A DNA stretch of 20,000 nucleotides from Bacteriovoracaceae bacterium (GCA_018649885.1 JABIHA010000036.1:110263-130262); one strand, 5' to 3'. Positions 1-9,696 are shown, counted from the stretch's first letter. Numbers and translations: made by a program. Notes: generated by a model not told the origin, from the letters alone.

Positions 1-1
1 C

Positions 2-1126
2 GAAACACTCGACGGTGGAAAACCCATTAAAGAATCAAGAGATGTAGATATCCCACTAGCAGCAGCTCATTTTTTCTATTATGCTGGCTGGGCCGATAAA
101 CTTGAGTACGCATTTCCAGGAAAAAGTGTTCGCTCCATCGGAGTTTGTGGACAAATTATTCCTTGGAACTTCCCTCTACTCATGGCCGCTTGGAAATTGG
201 CCCCAGCACTTGCCGCCGGCAATTGCGTTGTGCTTAAGCCAGCTGAGCAAACCTCTTTAACTGCCATGCTCCTCGCAGAAGTATTACAAGAGGCTGAACT
301 ACCTGATGGAGTTGTCAATATTGTAACAGGTGAAGGCCCCACAGGCGCTGCTCTTGTTGCCCACCCTGATGTCAATAAAATTGCCTTTACTGGCTCAACT
401 GATATTGGAAAATTAATTGCTAAAAATGTCGCCCACACTACAAAAAAGTTAACTCTTGAGCTGGGAGGCAAGTCGGCCAATATTGTTTATGAAGATGCGG
501 CCATCGATCAAGCAGTTGAAGGCGTTGTTAACGGAATCTATTTTAATCAAGGCCACGTCTGCTGTGCAGGCTCAAGACTTTTATTAGAAGAGTCCATCGC
601 AAAAGATTTTCTTAAAAAGCTCCAAAAAAGAATGAAAACCATTAGAGTTGGTGATCCACTGGATAAAAATACTGATCTTGGGGCCATTAACCATAAAGAA
701 CAATGGGAAAAAATTAAAACTCTTGTAGATCAAGGTAAAGAAGAAGGCGGAGATTTCTACCAAGCCGAATGTAAACTCCCTTCAAAGGGTTATTTCTTTT
801 CACCTTGTTACTTTGCCAAACAAAGTGGCTCTAGCCTAATATCAAGGCTCGAAATATTTGGACCAGTTCTTTCTGTTTCTACTTTTAGAACCCCAGACGA
901 GGCGATTACTAAGGCCAATGATACACCTTACGGCCTAGCGGCTGGCATCTGGTCTGAAAAAGGCTCTAAGATTCACAAGACTGCAAACGGTCTAAAAGCC
1001 GGTGTCATTTGGGCCAACACATACAATAAATTTGATCCCACCTCTCCATTTGGTGGATTCTTTGAATCAGGTTACGGTAGAGAAGGGGGGCTGCACGGTC
1101 TACTTCCTTACTTGGAGGTTAAATAA
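2..1126 (+). CDS. NAD-dependent aldehyde dehydrogenase, 5'-truncated by the window edge
   Basis: Frame is open from base 2 (ETLDGGKPIKESRDVDIPLAAAHFFYYAGWADK...), well upstream of the track start at 182. ALDH motifs: IIPWNFP, LKPAEQT, FTGST, LELGGKS (catalytic Glu), FNQGHVCCAGS (catalytic Cys), EIFGPV, PFGG..ESGYGREGG. Confidence 0.95.
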   Translation, partial: ETLDGGKPIKESRDVDIPLAAAHFFYYAGWADKLEYAFPGKSVRSIGVCGQIIPWNFPLLMAAWKLAPALAAGNCVVLKPAEQTSLTAMLLAEVLQEAELPDGVVNIVTGEGPTGAALVAHPDVNKIAFTGSTDIGKLIAKNVAHTTKKLTLELGGKSANIVYEDAAIDQAVEGVVNGIYFNQGHVCCAGSRLLLEESIAKDFLKKLQKRMKTIRVGDPLDKNTDLGAINHKEQWEKIKTLVDQGKEEGGDFYQAECKLPSKGYFFSPCYFAKQSGSSLISRLEIFGPVLSVSTFRTPDEAITKANDTPYGLAAGIWSEKGSKIHKTANGLKAGVIWANTYNKFDPTSPFGGFFESGYGREGGLHGLLPYLEVK

Positions 1127-1950
1127 TGAAAATTGAAAAAACTATAAAACTCTTTATTAATGGCCAGTTTGCACGATCTGAATCGGGCAGGACCTATCCA
1201 GTTAATGACAACTACGCCCGCGTTTGTCAGGCCTCAAAAAAAGATTTTCGAAACTCTGTAGACGCTGCTAAATCTGGCGAAAAATCATGGTCTTCAAAAT
1301 CTGCTTATAATAGATCACAAATCATCTACCGAATGGCCGAAATGTGTGAAGGCAAAAGAGATCAATTTGTAAGCCTTTTCAAAACCACACTCAGCGCGTC
1401 CGACAAAAAAGCAAATGAAATGGTTGATGAAGGGATTTCAAGCTTTGTTTACTATGCTGGTTTTTGCGACAAATACTCTCAAACAATTGGCTCAGTGAAT
1501 CCTGTTTCAGGACCCTTTCATAACTTTACGACTCCAGAGTCTGTAGGAGTGGTTGCACTTATAGATAGTGATGAATTTAATTTCGGTGCTACAGTCGATA
1601 GAATCTGCTCAATTTTAGTGGGCGGAAATTCTGTTATTGCACTACTGGGCCCAACTCTGCCTGCAGTTCTAGCTCCACTTTCAGAAGTCTTTGCCACCTC
1701 TGACCTGCCAGCTGGAGTTGTAAACCTTCTAACTGGACACCTGGAAGAGCTTGCAGAAGTCATAGCTTCCCACAGAGAAGTCAGATCAATTAGCTACCAA
1801 AATGAAAGTAAAAAATTCTATGAAACTGTCAGAGAAAAGTCAGTGGACAATATGAAGCGAATTGTCCCCAATCACAAGGAGCTTAAAAGCCTTGAGAATA
1901 TTCTCTCTTTCGTTGAGTACAAAACAGTTTGGCACCCTATTGGCGTTTAG
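1126..1950 (+). CDS. Short aldehyde dehydrogenase-family protein (274 aa) lacking the catalytic domain
   Basis: Overlaps the upstream stop (TAATG, 1124-1128). ALDH-like N-terminal domain (KLFINGQF, FVYYAGFCDK, LPAGVVNLLTG) and C-terminal EYKTVW strand are present. No ELGGK and no catalytic Cys motif. Confidence 0.85.
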   Translation: MKIEKTIKLFINGQFARSESGRTYPVNDNYARVCQASKKDFRNSVDAAKSGEKSWSSKSAYNRSQIIYRMAEMCEGKRDQFVSLFKTTLSASDKKANEMVDEGISSFVYYAGFCDKYSQTIGSVNPVSGPFHNFTTPESVGVVALIDSDEFNFGATVDRICSILVGGNSVIALLGPTLPAVLAPLSEVFATSDLPAGVVNLLTGHLEELAEVIASHREVRSISYQNESKKFYETVREKSVDNMKRIVPNHKELKSLENILSFVEYKTVWHPIGV

Positions 1951-1964
1951 CTATTTAGAAACTT

Positions 1965-3434
1965 TTAACTCGATGGAATTAAAGTTAGAAAGCATATTTT
2001 TTCATCCTCTGACTGAGGAACTTCAACTTCACAATAAGAAGTCGCCCTAATCATACAGTTATGACCATTTGAGTTGATTTTATTTTCATATTTACACTTG
2101 TAACCATGAACAGTCACCCCATCTTTATCGGTTCCGGTGGCCTGCCCACTGTCAGATTGTCTAACAAGCTTACTACTATTATCACACTTATCAGTCCCTG
2201 AAATACTGCAATACCCTCTTTGGAAAGAACTTCCATCTGGGCAGTAGGATGTAACAGTAGCCATATCAGTTCCATCAAATAATCCACTGTTTGGAGAGAA
2301 TGTACTTTTATAAATAAAAAATTTTACTTTTTCAGATGAAGAAGTAATTACCTTTAATGTTTTGCAAGTGTATTGTAATTTATAGGTTGCCCCGGAAGCA
2401 TCCTTAAACAATGGTCCAGAGACATTGCTAGTACTCGCACTATCCCAATCATTGGTGTCTTTGATATTATCAGTTAAAGTGGTGGTCGAGGCTATGGTCA
2501 TATCCTGAAATAGTGTTTCTGAAATCGTTCCTCCTTTAATCGTTCCATAATTGCTGAGATCACCCGTAATAGAGTTTGTGTATTGGGGGTCCTCACCATT
2601 TATATCAACTCCTTTTAATTTAATTTTTGTCAGCCACGACATAAGCATTGGGTCCTCACTAGCATACATTGGGTACTTTTTTGAATCGTGGAGATTAATT
2701 TTTCCATTAAATACCACGGGTGGGGGTAGTCCAAGAGAGCCTCTGATTGTCCCTCCATAGATTTCTCCCTCCCTATTATCTATAGAGCCATTATTAACGG
2801 TGGTTCCAAATAAATCCATGCCCTCACAGTGATTGTCAGCGTCCAGCGTGCCTCCAAAAACATCACATATTGCCCCTGTGGTGTCTCCTGAAGCAGAACA
2901 ACTTGTCAGCTTTCCAGAGGTCACATCAAAAACAATGGGAACACTGATTTTTTTTGTTAGGGTATTACTTTTATCGACCTTGAAACTGGTCTCTATTTCA
3001 AAATCACCGTATGCAACCGTGGCACCATCAGTAAACTTAAGACCTAGGTTATAGTCATCAATAACAAGCTTGCCATAGCTATCACCTTTATTTAAATCTT
3101 GGCTCCCAACTTTTAGTGCTCCAATTGTTGCTGCTGAAACAGTATCATCATAGTCCCCTGAAAAAGAAACTTCGTTGGACCCACCATCTCTGATCTGCTC
3201 AAAAGTTGCATCACAAATTTCAGATTTTCTAAGAGAGCCCTGTAGTAAATTGTAGGTGGTTTGGGCCTCAGAATAACCTTTATTTCTCGCCTGACCTTTA
3301 GAAACATTGGAATTCATTTTCATAAACCCAATACCCATAATGCTCATCAAACCGATGGCCATCATGATTTCTACCATGGACATGCCTTTATCATTTAGAA
3401 GTAAAGACGAACTATTTTGCTCTTCTATATCCAT
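1965..3434 (-). CDS. Large prepilin-type N-terminal cleavage/methylation domain protein (type IV minor pilin / pseudopilin-like)
   Basis: Class III signal KG|MSMVEIMMAIGLMSIMGIGF (Gly-1, Glu+5, hydrophobic helix), followed by a Gly/Ser/Thr/Asp-rich beta-type body and a Cys-rich C-terminus. SD AGGGAG at 3444-3449 precedes ATG 3434 (alternative TTG 3437). Confidence 0.85.
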   Translation of the reverse strand: MDIEEQNSSSLLLNDKGMSMVEIMMAIGLMSIMGIGFMKMNSNVSKGQARNKGYSEAQTTYNLLQGSLRKSEICDATFEQIRDGGSNEVSFSGDYDDTVSAATIGALKVGSQDLNKGDSYGKLVIDDYNLGLKFTDGATVAYGDFEIETSFKVDKSNTLTKKISVPIVFDVTSGKLTSCSASGDTTGAICDVFGGTLDADNHCEGMDLFGTTVNNGSIDNREGEIYGGTIRGSLGLPPPVVFNGKINLHDSKKYPMYASEDPMLMSWLTKIKLKGVDINGEDPQYTNSITGDLSNYGTIKGGTISETLFQDMTIASTTTLTDNIKDTNDWDSASTSNVSGPLFKDASGATYKLQYTCKTLKVITSSSEKVKFFIYKSTFSPNSGLFDGTDMATVTSYCPDGSSFQRGYCSISGTDKCDNSSKLVRQSDSGQATGTDKDGVTVHGYKCKYENKINSNGHNCMIRATSYCEVEVPQSEDEKICFLTLIPSS

Positions 3435-3531
3435 CAAATTTTGCTCCCTAAAAATAAATTTTCTTTATTATACTCAAAATAAAAATTGAAGGGAGAATTT
3501 ATCTATGGAGGTATTAATTATTTAGATAATT

Positions 3532-5079
3532 TCAGTCTATATAGTGGCAACCTAAGCTCTTTCTGTTTTTTGAGGCAGCGTAGATTATCAGTTGCGCCAC
3601 TTCCACGGCCGATCTTAAGTTGAGTAAAGTTCTTGTTAGAGCGCTATTTGAGTAAAACTGTTTAACTTCAAAGTTGATCTCACTGATAAGTCTTTCGGCC
3701 CGTTTTATACGCTTGGTGGTCCTGATAAGGCCTGCGTAATTCCACATGGTCTTTCTGATTAAATCGAGATCTTGCTCCATCAATGCCGTATCTTCTTGCT
3801 GAGTTTCACCCTTCCACAGTTTAACTTCAGGCAGGTAATAGTCTTCACGAAATTCTAGGAGATTTGCCTTCGCCGTAAGCACTCCCATAGTGACACATTC
3901 TAAGAGAGATGTGGAGGCCAATCTATTGGCGCCATGAAGTCCAGTGCATGCGCATTCACCAATAGCGCAAAGACCCTTTATATTGGTACGGCCTTCCATA
4001 TCAGTATGAATCCCTCCGCAGTGATAATGAGCTGCTGGAACGACAGGAATGGGGTCACTGCTAATATCGACACCTCTTTTAAGGCACTCCCGATAGATAT
4101 TGGGAAAACGATTTTGAATAAACTCACTATCATGAGCAGTCATATCTAGATAAACGCTATTTCCACTGGAATCAATTAATTCGAAAGCAATTGCGCGTGC
4201 GACGATATCTCTTGGTGCGAGCGAGCCCAGTGGGTGAATTTTGTCCATAAAACGCTCACCTCTGGCATTAATCAGTACTCCACCTTCTCCTCTTAGGGCC
4301 TCTGAAATGAGAAGAGGATTAAAGCCGGGCTTAACAAAAACTGTTGGGTGAAACTGCAAATACTCCAAGTCCATAAGCCTTGCGCCCACTCGCTTGGCCA
4401 TGGCAAGTCCATGCCCGAAAGCCTCCTTGCCATTAGTGGTATGGAGGAAAATTTGGCCAACTCCCCCTGTGGCGATGATCACATTTTGGGCCAGCACTGC
4501 ATAGACTTGATTTTGTTCTAGATCGAAGACATAAGCTCCAATGCAAGTTAATGACTTGTAGCGATCAGCATAAGATTTAGAGTTGTGAGATAGTGTCATT
4601 AAATCAATGGCCATAGAATTATGACAAACAGTAATATTTGTAAGGCCTTCAATTTTTTTATAAATAGAGTCCATGATCGCCACCCCGGTGGCGTCTTTAG
4701 AATAAATAATCCGCGCTTCACTATGAGCGGCTTCTTTAACTTTTTTTAAACTGCCGTCAGTATCCCTATCAAAAGGAACCTCCGCCTTGGTTAGAAGAAT
4801 TTCCTCGACAGCGCTTCCCCCAAATTTAGCAATGGTTTCAAGTGCCTCTGGATTGTGGGCGCCACAAGTGGCGACTTCAATATCTTTGATTAAAAGCTCT
4901 GGATCATGCCCTTCATTGTAAACCACGCCCCCTTGGGCCAAGTAGCTATTACTTGTTGTCTTATCTTCAGAGCTAGCGAGGACATAGACACTTTTCCCTG
5001 CATCCGCCATCTCCATAGCATAGGTAAGACCAGCAAGGCCGGCTCCAATAACGAGGGAATCAACTTTTATGGTTTTCAT
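3532..5079 (-). CDS. nadB: L-aspartate oxidase
   Basis: FAD motif VIGAGLAG, SNSYLAQGG, EAAHS, ATGGVG, QFHPT, LISEALRGEG, LAPRDIVAR, PAAHYHCGG, GLHGANRLASTSLLE. Coupled to nadA by an ATGA overlap at 5076-5079. Confidence 0.96.
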   Translation of the reverse strand: MKTIKVDSLVIGAGLAGLTYAMEMADAGKSVYVLASSEDKTTSNSYLAQGGVVYNEGHDPELLIKDIEVATCGAHNPEALETIAKFGGSAVEEILLTKAEVPFDRDTDGSLKKVKEAAHSEARIIYSKDATGVAIMDSIYKKIEGLTNITVCHNSMAIDLMTLSHNSKSYADRYKSLTCIGAYVFDLEQNQVYAVLAQNVIIATGGVGQIFLHTTNGKEAFGHGLAMAKRVGARLMDLEYLQFHPTVFVKPGFNPLLISEALRGEGGVLINARGERFMDKIHPLGSLAPRDIVARAIAFELIDSSGNSVYLDMTAHDSEFIQNRFPNIYRECLKRGVDISSDPIPVVPAAHYHCGGIHTDMEGRTNIKGLCAIGECACTGLHGANRLASTSLLECVTMGVLTAKANLLEFREDYYLPEVKLWKGETQQEDTALMEQDLDLIRKTMWNYAGLIRTTKRIKRAERLISEINFEVKQFYSNSALTRTLLNLRSAVEVAQLIIYAASKNRKSLGCHYID

Positions 5080-6140
5080 GGGCTTAACTCAAACATTTTA
5101 TCGATTGCTCTTTTCGCCTTTAAACGAGTCGACTCCTCAACAAAGACTTCTTGATCTGCTCTGGGATTTTCAAATACCTGGATAATTTTATCTAGGCTAT
5201 TTAGTTTCATATACTCACATAAGCGGCAGGCACCAATGAAGTTCTTTTCCTTCTCTTCAACTTCTAGTCGGCTAACGAGTCCACACTCAGTCAGCATCAT
5301 AAAGTAAGGTGCCTCAGTTTTCCGGACGTAATCCATCATGGCCCCCGTGCTGCCAACAAAATCACTTTTTTTAGTCACATCAGTAAGACACTCTGGGTGA
5401 GAGACCACTTTTAAACCAGGATAACGGATTCTCTGCTCATCAATTTTGTTGTGATCAAATTGATCGTGCACAAAACAAGTTCCATCAGAACTTACAATCT
5501 CTTTATTTATGCCACGCTTTTTCATTTCAATGATAATATTGTCGGCCATCAAACGATCGGGGATAAAAATAATTTTTTCAGCATCGAGACTTTCAATAAT
5601 TGAATAGACATTTGTAGAAGTGACACAAACATCTGATTCGGCCTTAACCTCTGCAGTGCTGTTAATATAACAAACCACGGGGCACCCTGGATGCTCCCGT
5701 TTTAACTCTTTGACTTGGTCTGCATTTATTGAGTCGGCCAGTGAACAAGCAGAGCCTCTATCGGGTACAAAAACTCTAGCTTTTGGGCTTACTATTTTTG
5801 CTGTCTCTGCCATAAAAACAACTCCTGCAAAAATAATCATAGAGGCCTTGGAATCTTTTGCGGCCAAAGACAGTGCATAGGAATCACTCTTAAAATCGGC
5901 AACTCCGTGAACAATTTCAGGTTCCACATAGGAATGGGCCAGTATCACAGCATCGTGCTCTTTTTTTAATCGATTGATTAGCAGTGTTTTCGGAGCAATT
6001 TTTTGACACTCTTCATAGGTCCACTTCCTTGAACTGTTGCAAGTAAGATTCATGAGTGATGAAAATAAGCGGTCTGCTTCGGCCTCTAGGGCCTCATTTG
6101 AAAAGTTTTCAGTGTGAATTTTATTGTGATCCGCGTCCAT
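5076..6140 (-). CDS. nadA: Quinolinate synthase
   Basis: ILAHSY, GVVFMAETAK, CSLA, YINSTAEVKAESD, CFVH, HPEC, GSTG, TECG, CEYMK motifs, including the three Fe-S cysteine motifs. Adjacent to nadB. Confidence 0.96.
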   Translation of the reverse strand: MDADHNKIHTENFSNEALEAEADRLFSSLMNLTCNSSRKWTYEECQKIAPKTLLINRLKKEHDAVILAHSYVEPEIVHGVADFKSDSYALSLAAKDSKASMIIFAGVVFMAETAKIVSPKARVFVPDRGSACSLADSINADQVKELKREHPGCPVVCYINSTAEVKAESDVCVTSTNVYSIIESLDAEKIIFIPDRLMADNIIIEMKKRGINKEIVSSDGTCFVHDQFDHNKIDEQRIRYPGLKVVSHPECLTDVTKKSDFVGSTGAMMDYVRKTEAPYFMMLTECGLVSRLEVEEKEKNFIGACRLCEYMKLNSLDKIIQVFENPRADQEVFVEESTRLKAKRAIDKMFELSP

Positions 6141-6220
6141 AAATACCCTTAATAAAGCCTATTCTTATCATAAAGTTTTTAAAAATTCACCTCATGATGC
6201 TCCCCCTAATGCTGATCATG

Positions 6221-6251
6221 TTGCCACATATACAAGCTTTGCTAGTATAAT
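6221..6251 (+). promoter_or_regulatory. Putative sigma70 promoter for the GMC oxidoreductase
   Basis: TTGCCA at 6221-6226 and TATAAT at 6246-6251 (19-nt spacer; overlapping TAGTAT gives 16 nt). GAGG SD precedes ATG 6281. Confidence 0.45.
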
Positions 6252-6280
6252 AACAATTCGAAACCACTTAAGAGGTAAAT

Positions 6281-7918
6281 ATGTCTAGGAAAACCAGTTA
6301 TGAGTACGATTTTGTCATCGTAGGAAGCGGCTTTGGCGGCAGTGTCTCAGCAATGAGATTGGCCCAAAAAGGTTATAGGGTTGCCATCGTAGAGCAAGGT
6401 GTTGACTACAAAAATACTGATTTTCCCAAGACAAATTGGAATGTAAAAAAATACCTATGGGCTCCGGTGCTGCGATGCTTCGGGATCATGCGAATTACTC
6501 TCTTAAATAAAGTGATGGTTTTAAGAGGTGTTGGAGTAGGGGGCGGAAGTTTAGTATACGCCAACACTTTAATGCAACCAGAAGAACATATTTTCAAATC
6601 CAACTTTTGGCCCGCAGGAAAAGATTGGAACAAAGAGCTTGGACCTTTTTTTGATTTGGCCAAAAAAATGTTGGGAGTAGTAGATAATGAAATTATGGAA
6701 GACGGTGAGCTAGCACTAAAAGCAGTGGGTGAAAAAATGGGCTGTGCTGACACTTTTCACGCTACAAAAGTAGGTGTCTATTTCAACACCCCCGGAAAAC
6801 TTCAACAAGACCCCTTCTTTGGTGGAGATGGCCCCGATCGTGAAGGCTGTGATCTTTGTGGAGGATGTATGGTTGGCTGCCCAACTGGTGCTAAAAATAC
6901 ACTCGACAAAAACTACCTTTGGTTTGCAAAAAAATGGGGAGCTAAAATATTCTCTGAAACTTGTGTTGAAAAAATCACTCCCGAAGGTGAGGGCTACACA
7001 ATTACCACAAAAAACTCAACCTCTTGGTTACCCTGGAAGGGACCAACTTTTAAGGCCAAAAAAGTGATCTTTTCAGCTGGAGTGCTGGGAACAATGGATC
7101 TTCTTTTAAAAAATAAATATGTTCATAGAACTCTTCCTCAAATCTCTGACAAATTAGGCCACGTAGTCAGGACAAATGGAGAAAGCCTACTGGGGGCAAC
7201 CTCATTTAAAGAAGAAATTGACATGTCTAAAGGGATTGCTATCGGTGCGGCCATCCACCCAGATGAGCATACTAAAATAGAGGCCGTGCGCTACTCGGCT
7301 GGCTCTGATTCTATGAGGCTTTTGGCCATTCCATTAACAGGAAAGGGCAATTTCATTACCAGGCCTATAAAGTTTCTCTGCAATATGGTGATCCAATTCC
7401 CAAATGTGGTTAAACTCTATTTAACTCCTGATTGGGCGAAAAAATCTCTAATTCTATTAGTTATGCAGTCCCTTGAAACAAAAATGAATTTAACACTGGG
7501 ATGGTCTATTTTTAATCCCTTTGGAAAGAGCCTAAAAGGAAAGCTAAACCCAGGTGAAGAACCTGTCCCAAGCTACATTCCGATAGCTCAAGAAGCAGCA
7601 AAAACATTGGCCACAGAGGTTGGTGGTATTGCTCAAAATATAGTGCCCGAAGTTTTACTTCAAACACCTGCCACCGCCCATATCTTAGGAGGAGCAATCC
7701 TCGCAGAAAGTGCAGCTGATGGTGTGATCAATTCTAACCATGAGGTTTTTGGTTACAGTGGCCTTTATGTAATGGATGCTAGTGTCATCCCTTCAAATTT
7801 AGCTGTGAACCCATCCCTTACGGTCTCGGCAATTGCAGAAAGATTTGCATCATTATTTGAAAATAACCCCCAGGTTGACGATAAATGGAAAAAACCCGAA
7901 ATTAAATTTACTGTGTAA
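6281..7918 (+). CDS. GMC-family oxidoreductase, cholesterol oxidase (ChoD)-like
   Basis: IVGSGFGGSVSAMRL FAD motif, GVGGGSLVYANT, CDLCGGCMVGC..GAKNTLDKNYL, RTNGESL, TAHILGGA, NPSLTVSAIAER. No N-terminal signal peptide. Substrate cannot be determined from sequence. Confidence 0.9.
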   Translation: MSRKTSYEYDFVIVGSGFGGSVSAMRLAQKGYRVAIVEQGVDYKNTDFPKTNWNVKKYLWAPVLRCFGIMRITLLNKVMVLRGVGVGGGSLVYANTLMQPEEHIFKSNFWPAGKDWNKELGPFFDLAKKMLGVVDNEIMEDGELALKAVGEKMGCADTFHATKVGVYFNTPGKLQQDPFFGGDGPDREGCDLCGGCMVGCPTGAKNTLDKNYLWFAKKWGAKIFSETCVEKITPEGEGYTITTKNSTSWLPWKGPTFKAKKVIFSAGVLGTMDLLLKNKYVHRTLPQISDKLGHVVRTNGESLLGATSFKEEIDMSKGIAIGAAIHPDEHTKIEAVRYSAGSDSMRLLAIPLTGKGNFITRPIKFLCNMVIQFPNVVKLYLTPDWAKKSLILLVMQSLETKMNLTLGWSIFNPFGKSLKGKLNPGEEPVPSYIPIAQEAAKTLATEVGGIAQNIVPEVLLQTPATAHILGGAILAESAADGVINSNHEVFGYSGLYVMDASVIPSNLAVNPSLTVSAIAERFASLFENNPQVDDKWKKPEIKFTV

Positions 7919-7930
7919 TTACAAGTATAT

Positions 7931-7970
7931 AAACATTACAATGACCCGCCGCGTCATTATAATGTTTTAT
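7931..7970 (+). terminator. Stem-loop downstream of the GMC oxidoreductase, probable terminator
   Basis: AAACATTACAATGAC-ccgccgc-GTCATTATAATGTTT: 14 of 15 positions pair, with a 7-nt loop, starting 12 nt after the stop codon. The stem is AT-rich and the U tail is short. Confidence 0.55.
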
Positions 7971-8061
7971 CCCTCCTACTCTAAAAATAATACAGAGTGC
8001 CAAACTTCACATTAGCATAACGCATCTCAGGTGATACCAAAATATCACTGAGGAGAGAGCA

Positions 8062-9696
8062 TTGTTTAGCAAGCAGATGAAAGTCAGAAGGTTTACCTTT
8101 TTATGGATAACCGCATTTTTTCTAGTTAATACCGCTTCCAGCAACTGGTGCCCAGCACTTACCAAACTTCAAGACGAAATTACTGATCTAGCAAAAGCAA
8201 AAGGTGAATTTGCCTTTGAACTCAAATACTCAAGCAGAATTACACATCTAAGGCATTGGGCCGGAAGACTTAGGGATGCCAAGTGGGTAAGCCCCACAGC
8301 TCTTAAATACAAAATCGAAACATTTTTAATTTCAAAAAACATATCCGGACTTAGAGGTCTAATAGCTCCTCTTTTTGGAAGGGTAGAGGTTTCCTATAAA
8401 TTTTTAGTTCACACAGAGGGACTTCTAAAAAGCATCGATGATATTGAAAAAATGCTTATCAAATCAGATGATCTGGCAGTCTCTGCTGATGAGCTGGCAG
8501 AGCTCACTTTAAGTATCGATAGGTTAACTGAAATGCTCACAAGTAGGAGTGGACTTCTCAAGCTGCTTCCAAGTAGCAAAGCTAGTGAGCTTGAAGCACT
8601 GGCCACTGGACTTAAAAGTGGCGCGATTTCTCCAAGAACTGGAGTGGCCGCTCTAGAATGGACAAGGTCTTTAAAAACCTATCTCACTTCAGTCAGACAA
8701 TACTTTTTAAAAATCTTCGGAGAAAATTTTCCTCAATATTCAATTGCTAGATCTTATATGGAAGCTTCCTTTGGAAAAAGAATGTACTCCCAAGCAAGTG
8801 GAATGCTGGAATCTGCTTTTGAGGCCCCCGCACTTAAAAAAGGCGAGTGGGAAGAGTTAGTACAAAGACTTGAGAAAATGTTAGGCTGGAATACCGAAAG
8901 GGCCACAAGCTTTCCAGCTCTTGATCCACAAAACCTTGGAAGGCCTTCACTCGAAGTTCTAGAGACATTTAAAAACTCCCACCCTCTGGCCAGAAGAGCG
9001 GCCATCTACAGAAGTTACCTTCTTGCTGTTAGACAAACAATGTCAAAAACTGTTCTAGATATTTTAGCATTTGAACGAACAGGTGATTTATTTAAAAAAT
9101 TCAAATTTTTAGATCCAGAGCTCGTTGATGATATTATGGAGGCCTTCTACCGGCTTGATGCGAGAGAATATTTTCTAGATGTCAGTGATATTGTCTACGC
9201 TGTAGAAATGACTACGGAAGCTAAGTATGCACAGTTTCTAAGAAAATTTGGCTACAAAGAAGATGATTTTCTGACAGCTTTTTTCACTAACCCTGATGCC
9301 AGACCTCTATGGAGAGAATTTAAAGACATTGCCAAGGCCACTGATCAAGATATTTTAGAGGCAATGGAAAAAGCAGAAAAAGCTGGCAGAGAAATTGGAA
9401 TTATTTCTCCCACAAAGGGCCTGGACTTTTCAAAACTTATGGCCACAAGTGTTCACCTTGCGATCGCCGGAGGTGTACTAAAAGTTGGCCATGATAAAGT
9501 CAAATCACCAATCTCAAGCGCAGCAACTTTTGCTTACCAGAAAGTCAGATCAATGATCACTGGCGATGACATGCTTTTAGACGAAAATATCCCAGTGGAT
9601 CTTCAAGATTCTGAAACGCTCGAGCGTTTAGAAAGAATGGATAAATTAGTAGACCAAACTATAAAAATAATTGATGGGCAAAATTTAGAAGAATAA
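8062..9696 (+). CDS. Hypothetical secreted protein (544 aa), apparently alpha-helical
   Basis: Long ORF with AGGAG SD at 8051-8055 before TTG. Signal-peptide-like KVRRFTFLWITAFFLVNTASS. Hydrophobic segment LMATSVHLAIAGGVL near the C-terminus. No family recognised. Confidence 0.8.
   Translation: MFSKQMKVRRFTFLWITAFFLVNTASSNWCPALTKLQDEITDLAKAKGEFAFELKYSSRITHLRHWAGRLRDAKWVSPTALKYKIETFLISKNISGLRGLIAPLFGRVEVSYKFLVHTEGLLKSIDDIEKMLIKSDDLAVSADELAELTLSIDRLTEMLTSRSGLLKLLPSSKASELEALATGLKSGAISPRTGVAALEWTRSLKTYLTSVRQYFLKIFGENFPQYSIARSYMEASFGKRMYSQASGMLESAFEAPALKKGEWEELVQRLEKMLGWNTERATSFPALDPQNLGRPSLEVLETFKNSHPLARRAAIYRSYLLAVRQTMSKTVLDILAFERTGDLFKKFKFLDPELVDDIMEAFYRLDAREYFLDVSDIVYAVEMTTEAKYAQFLRKFGYKEDDFLTAFFTNPDARPLWREFKDIAKATDQDILEAMEKAEKAGREIGIISPTKGLDFSKLMATSVHLAIAGGVLKVGHDKVKSPISSAATFAYQKVRSMITGDDMLLDENIPVDLQDSETLERLERMDKLVDQTIKIIDGQNLEE

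Noticed and set aside
6141..6280. NAD riboswitch or NadR/NrtR operator upstream of nadA
   Set aside because: Only a short CATGAT...ATCATG inverted repeat is visible; I cannot match it to a known motif.
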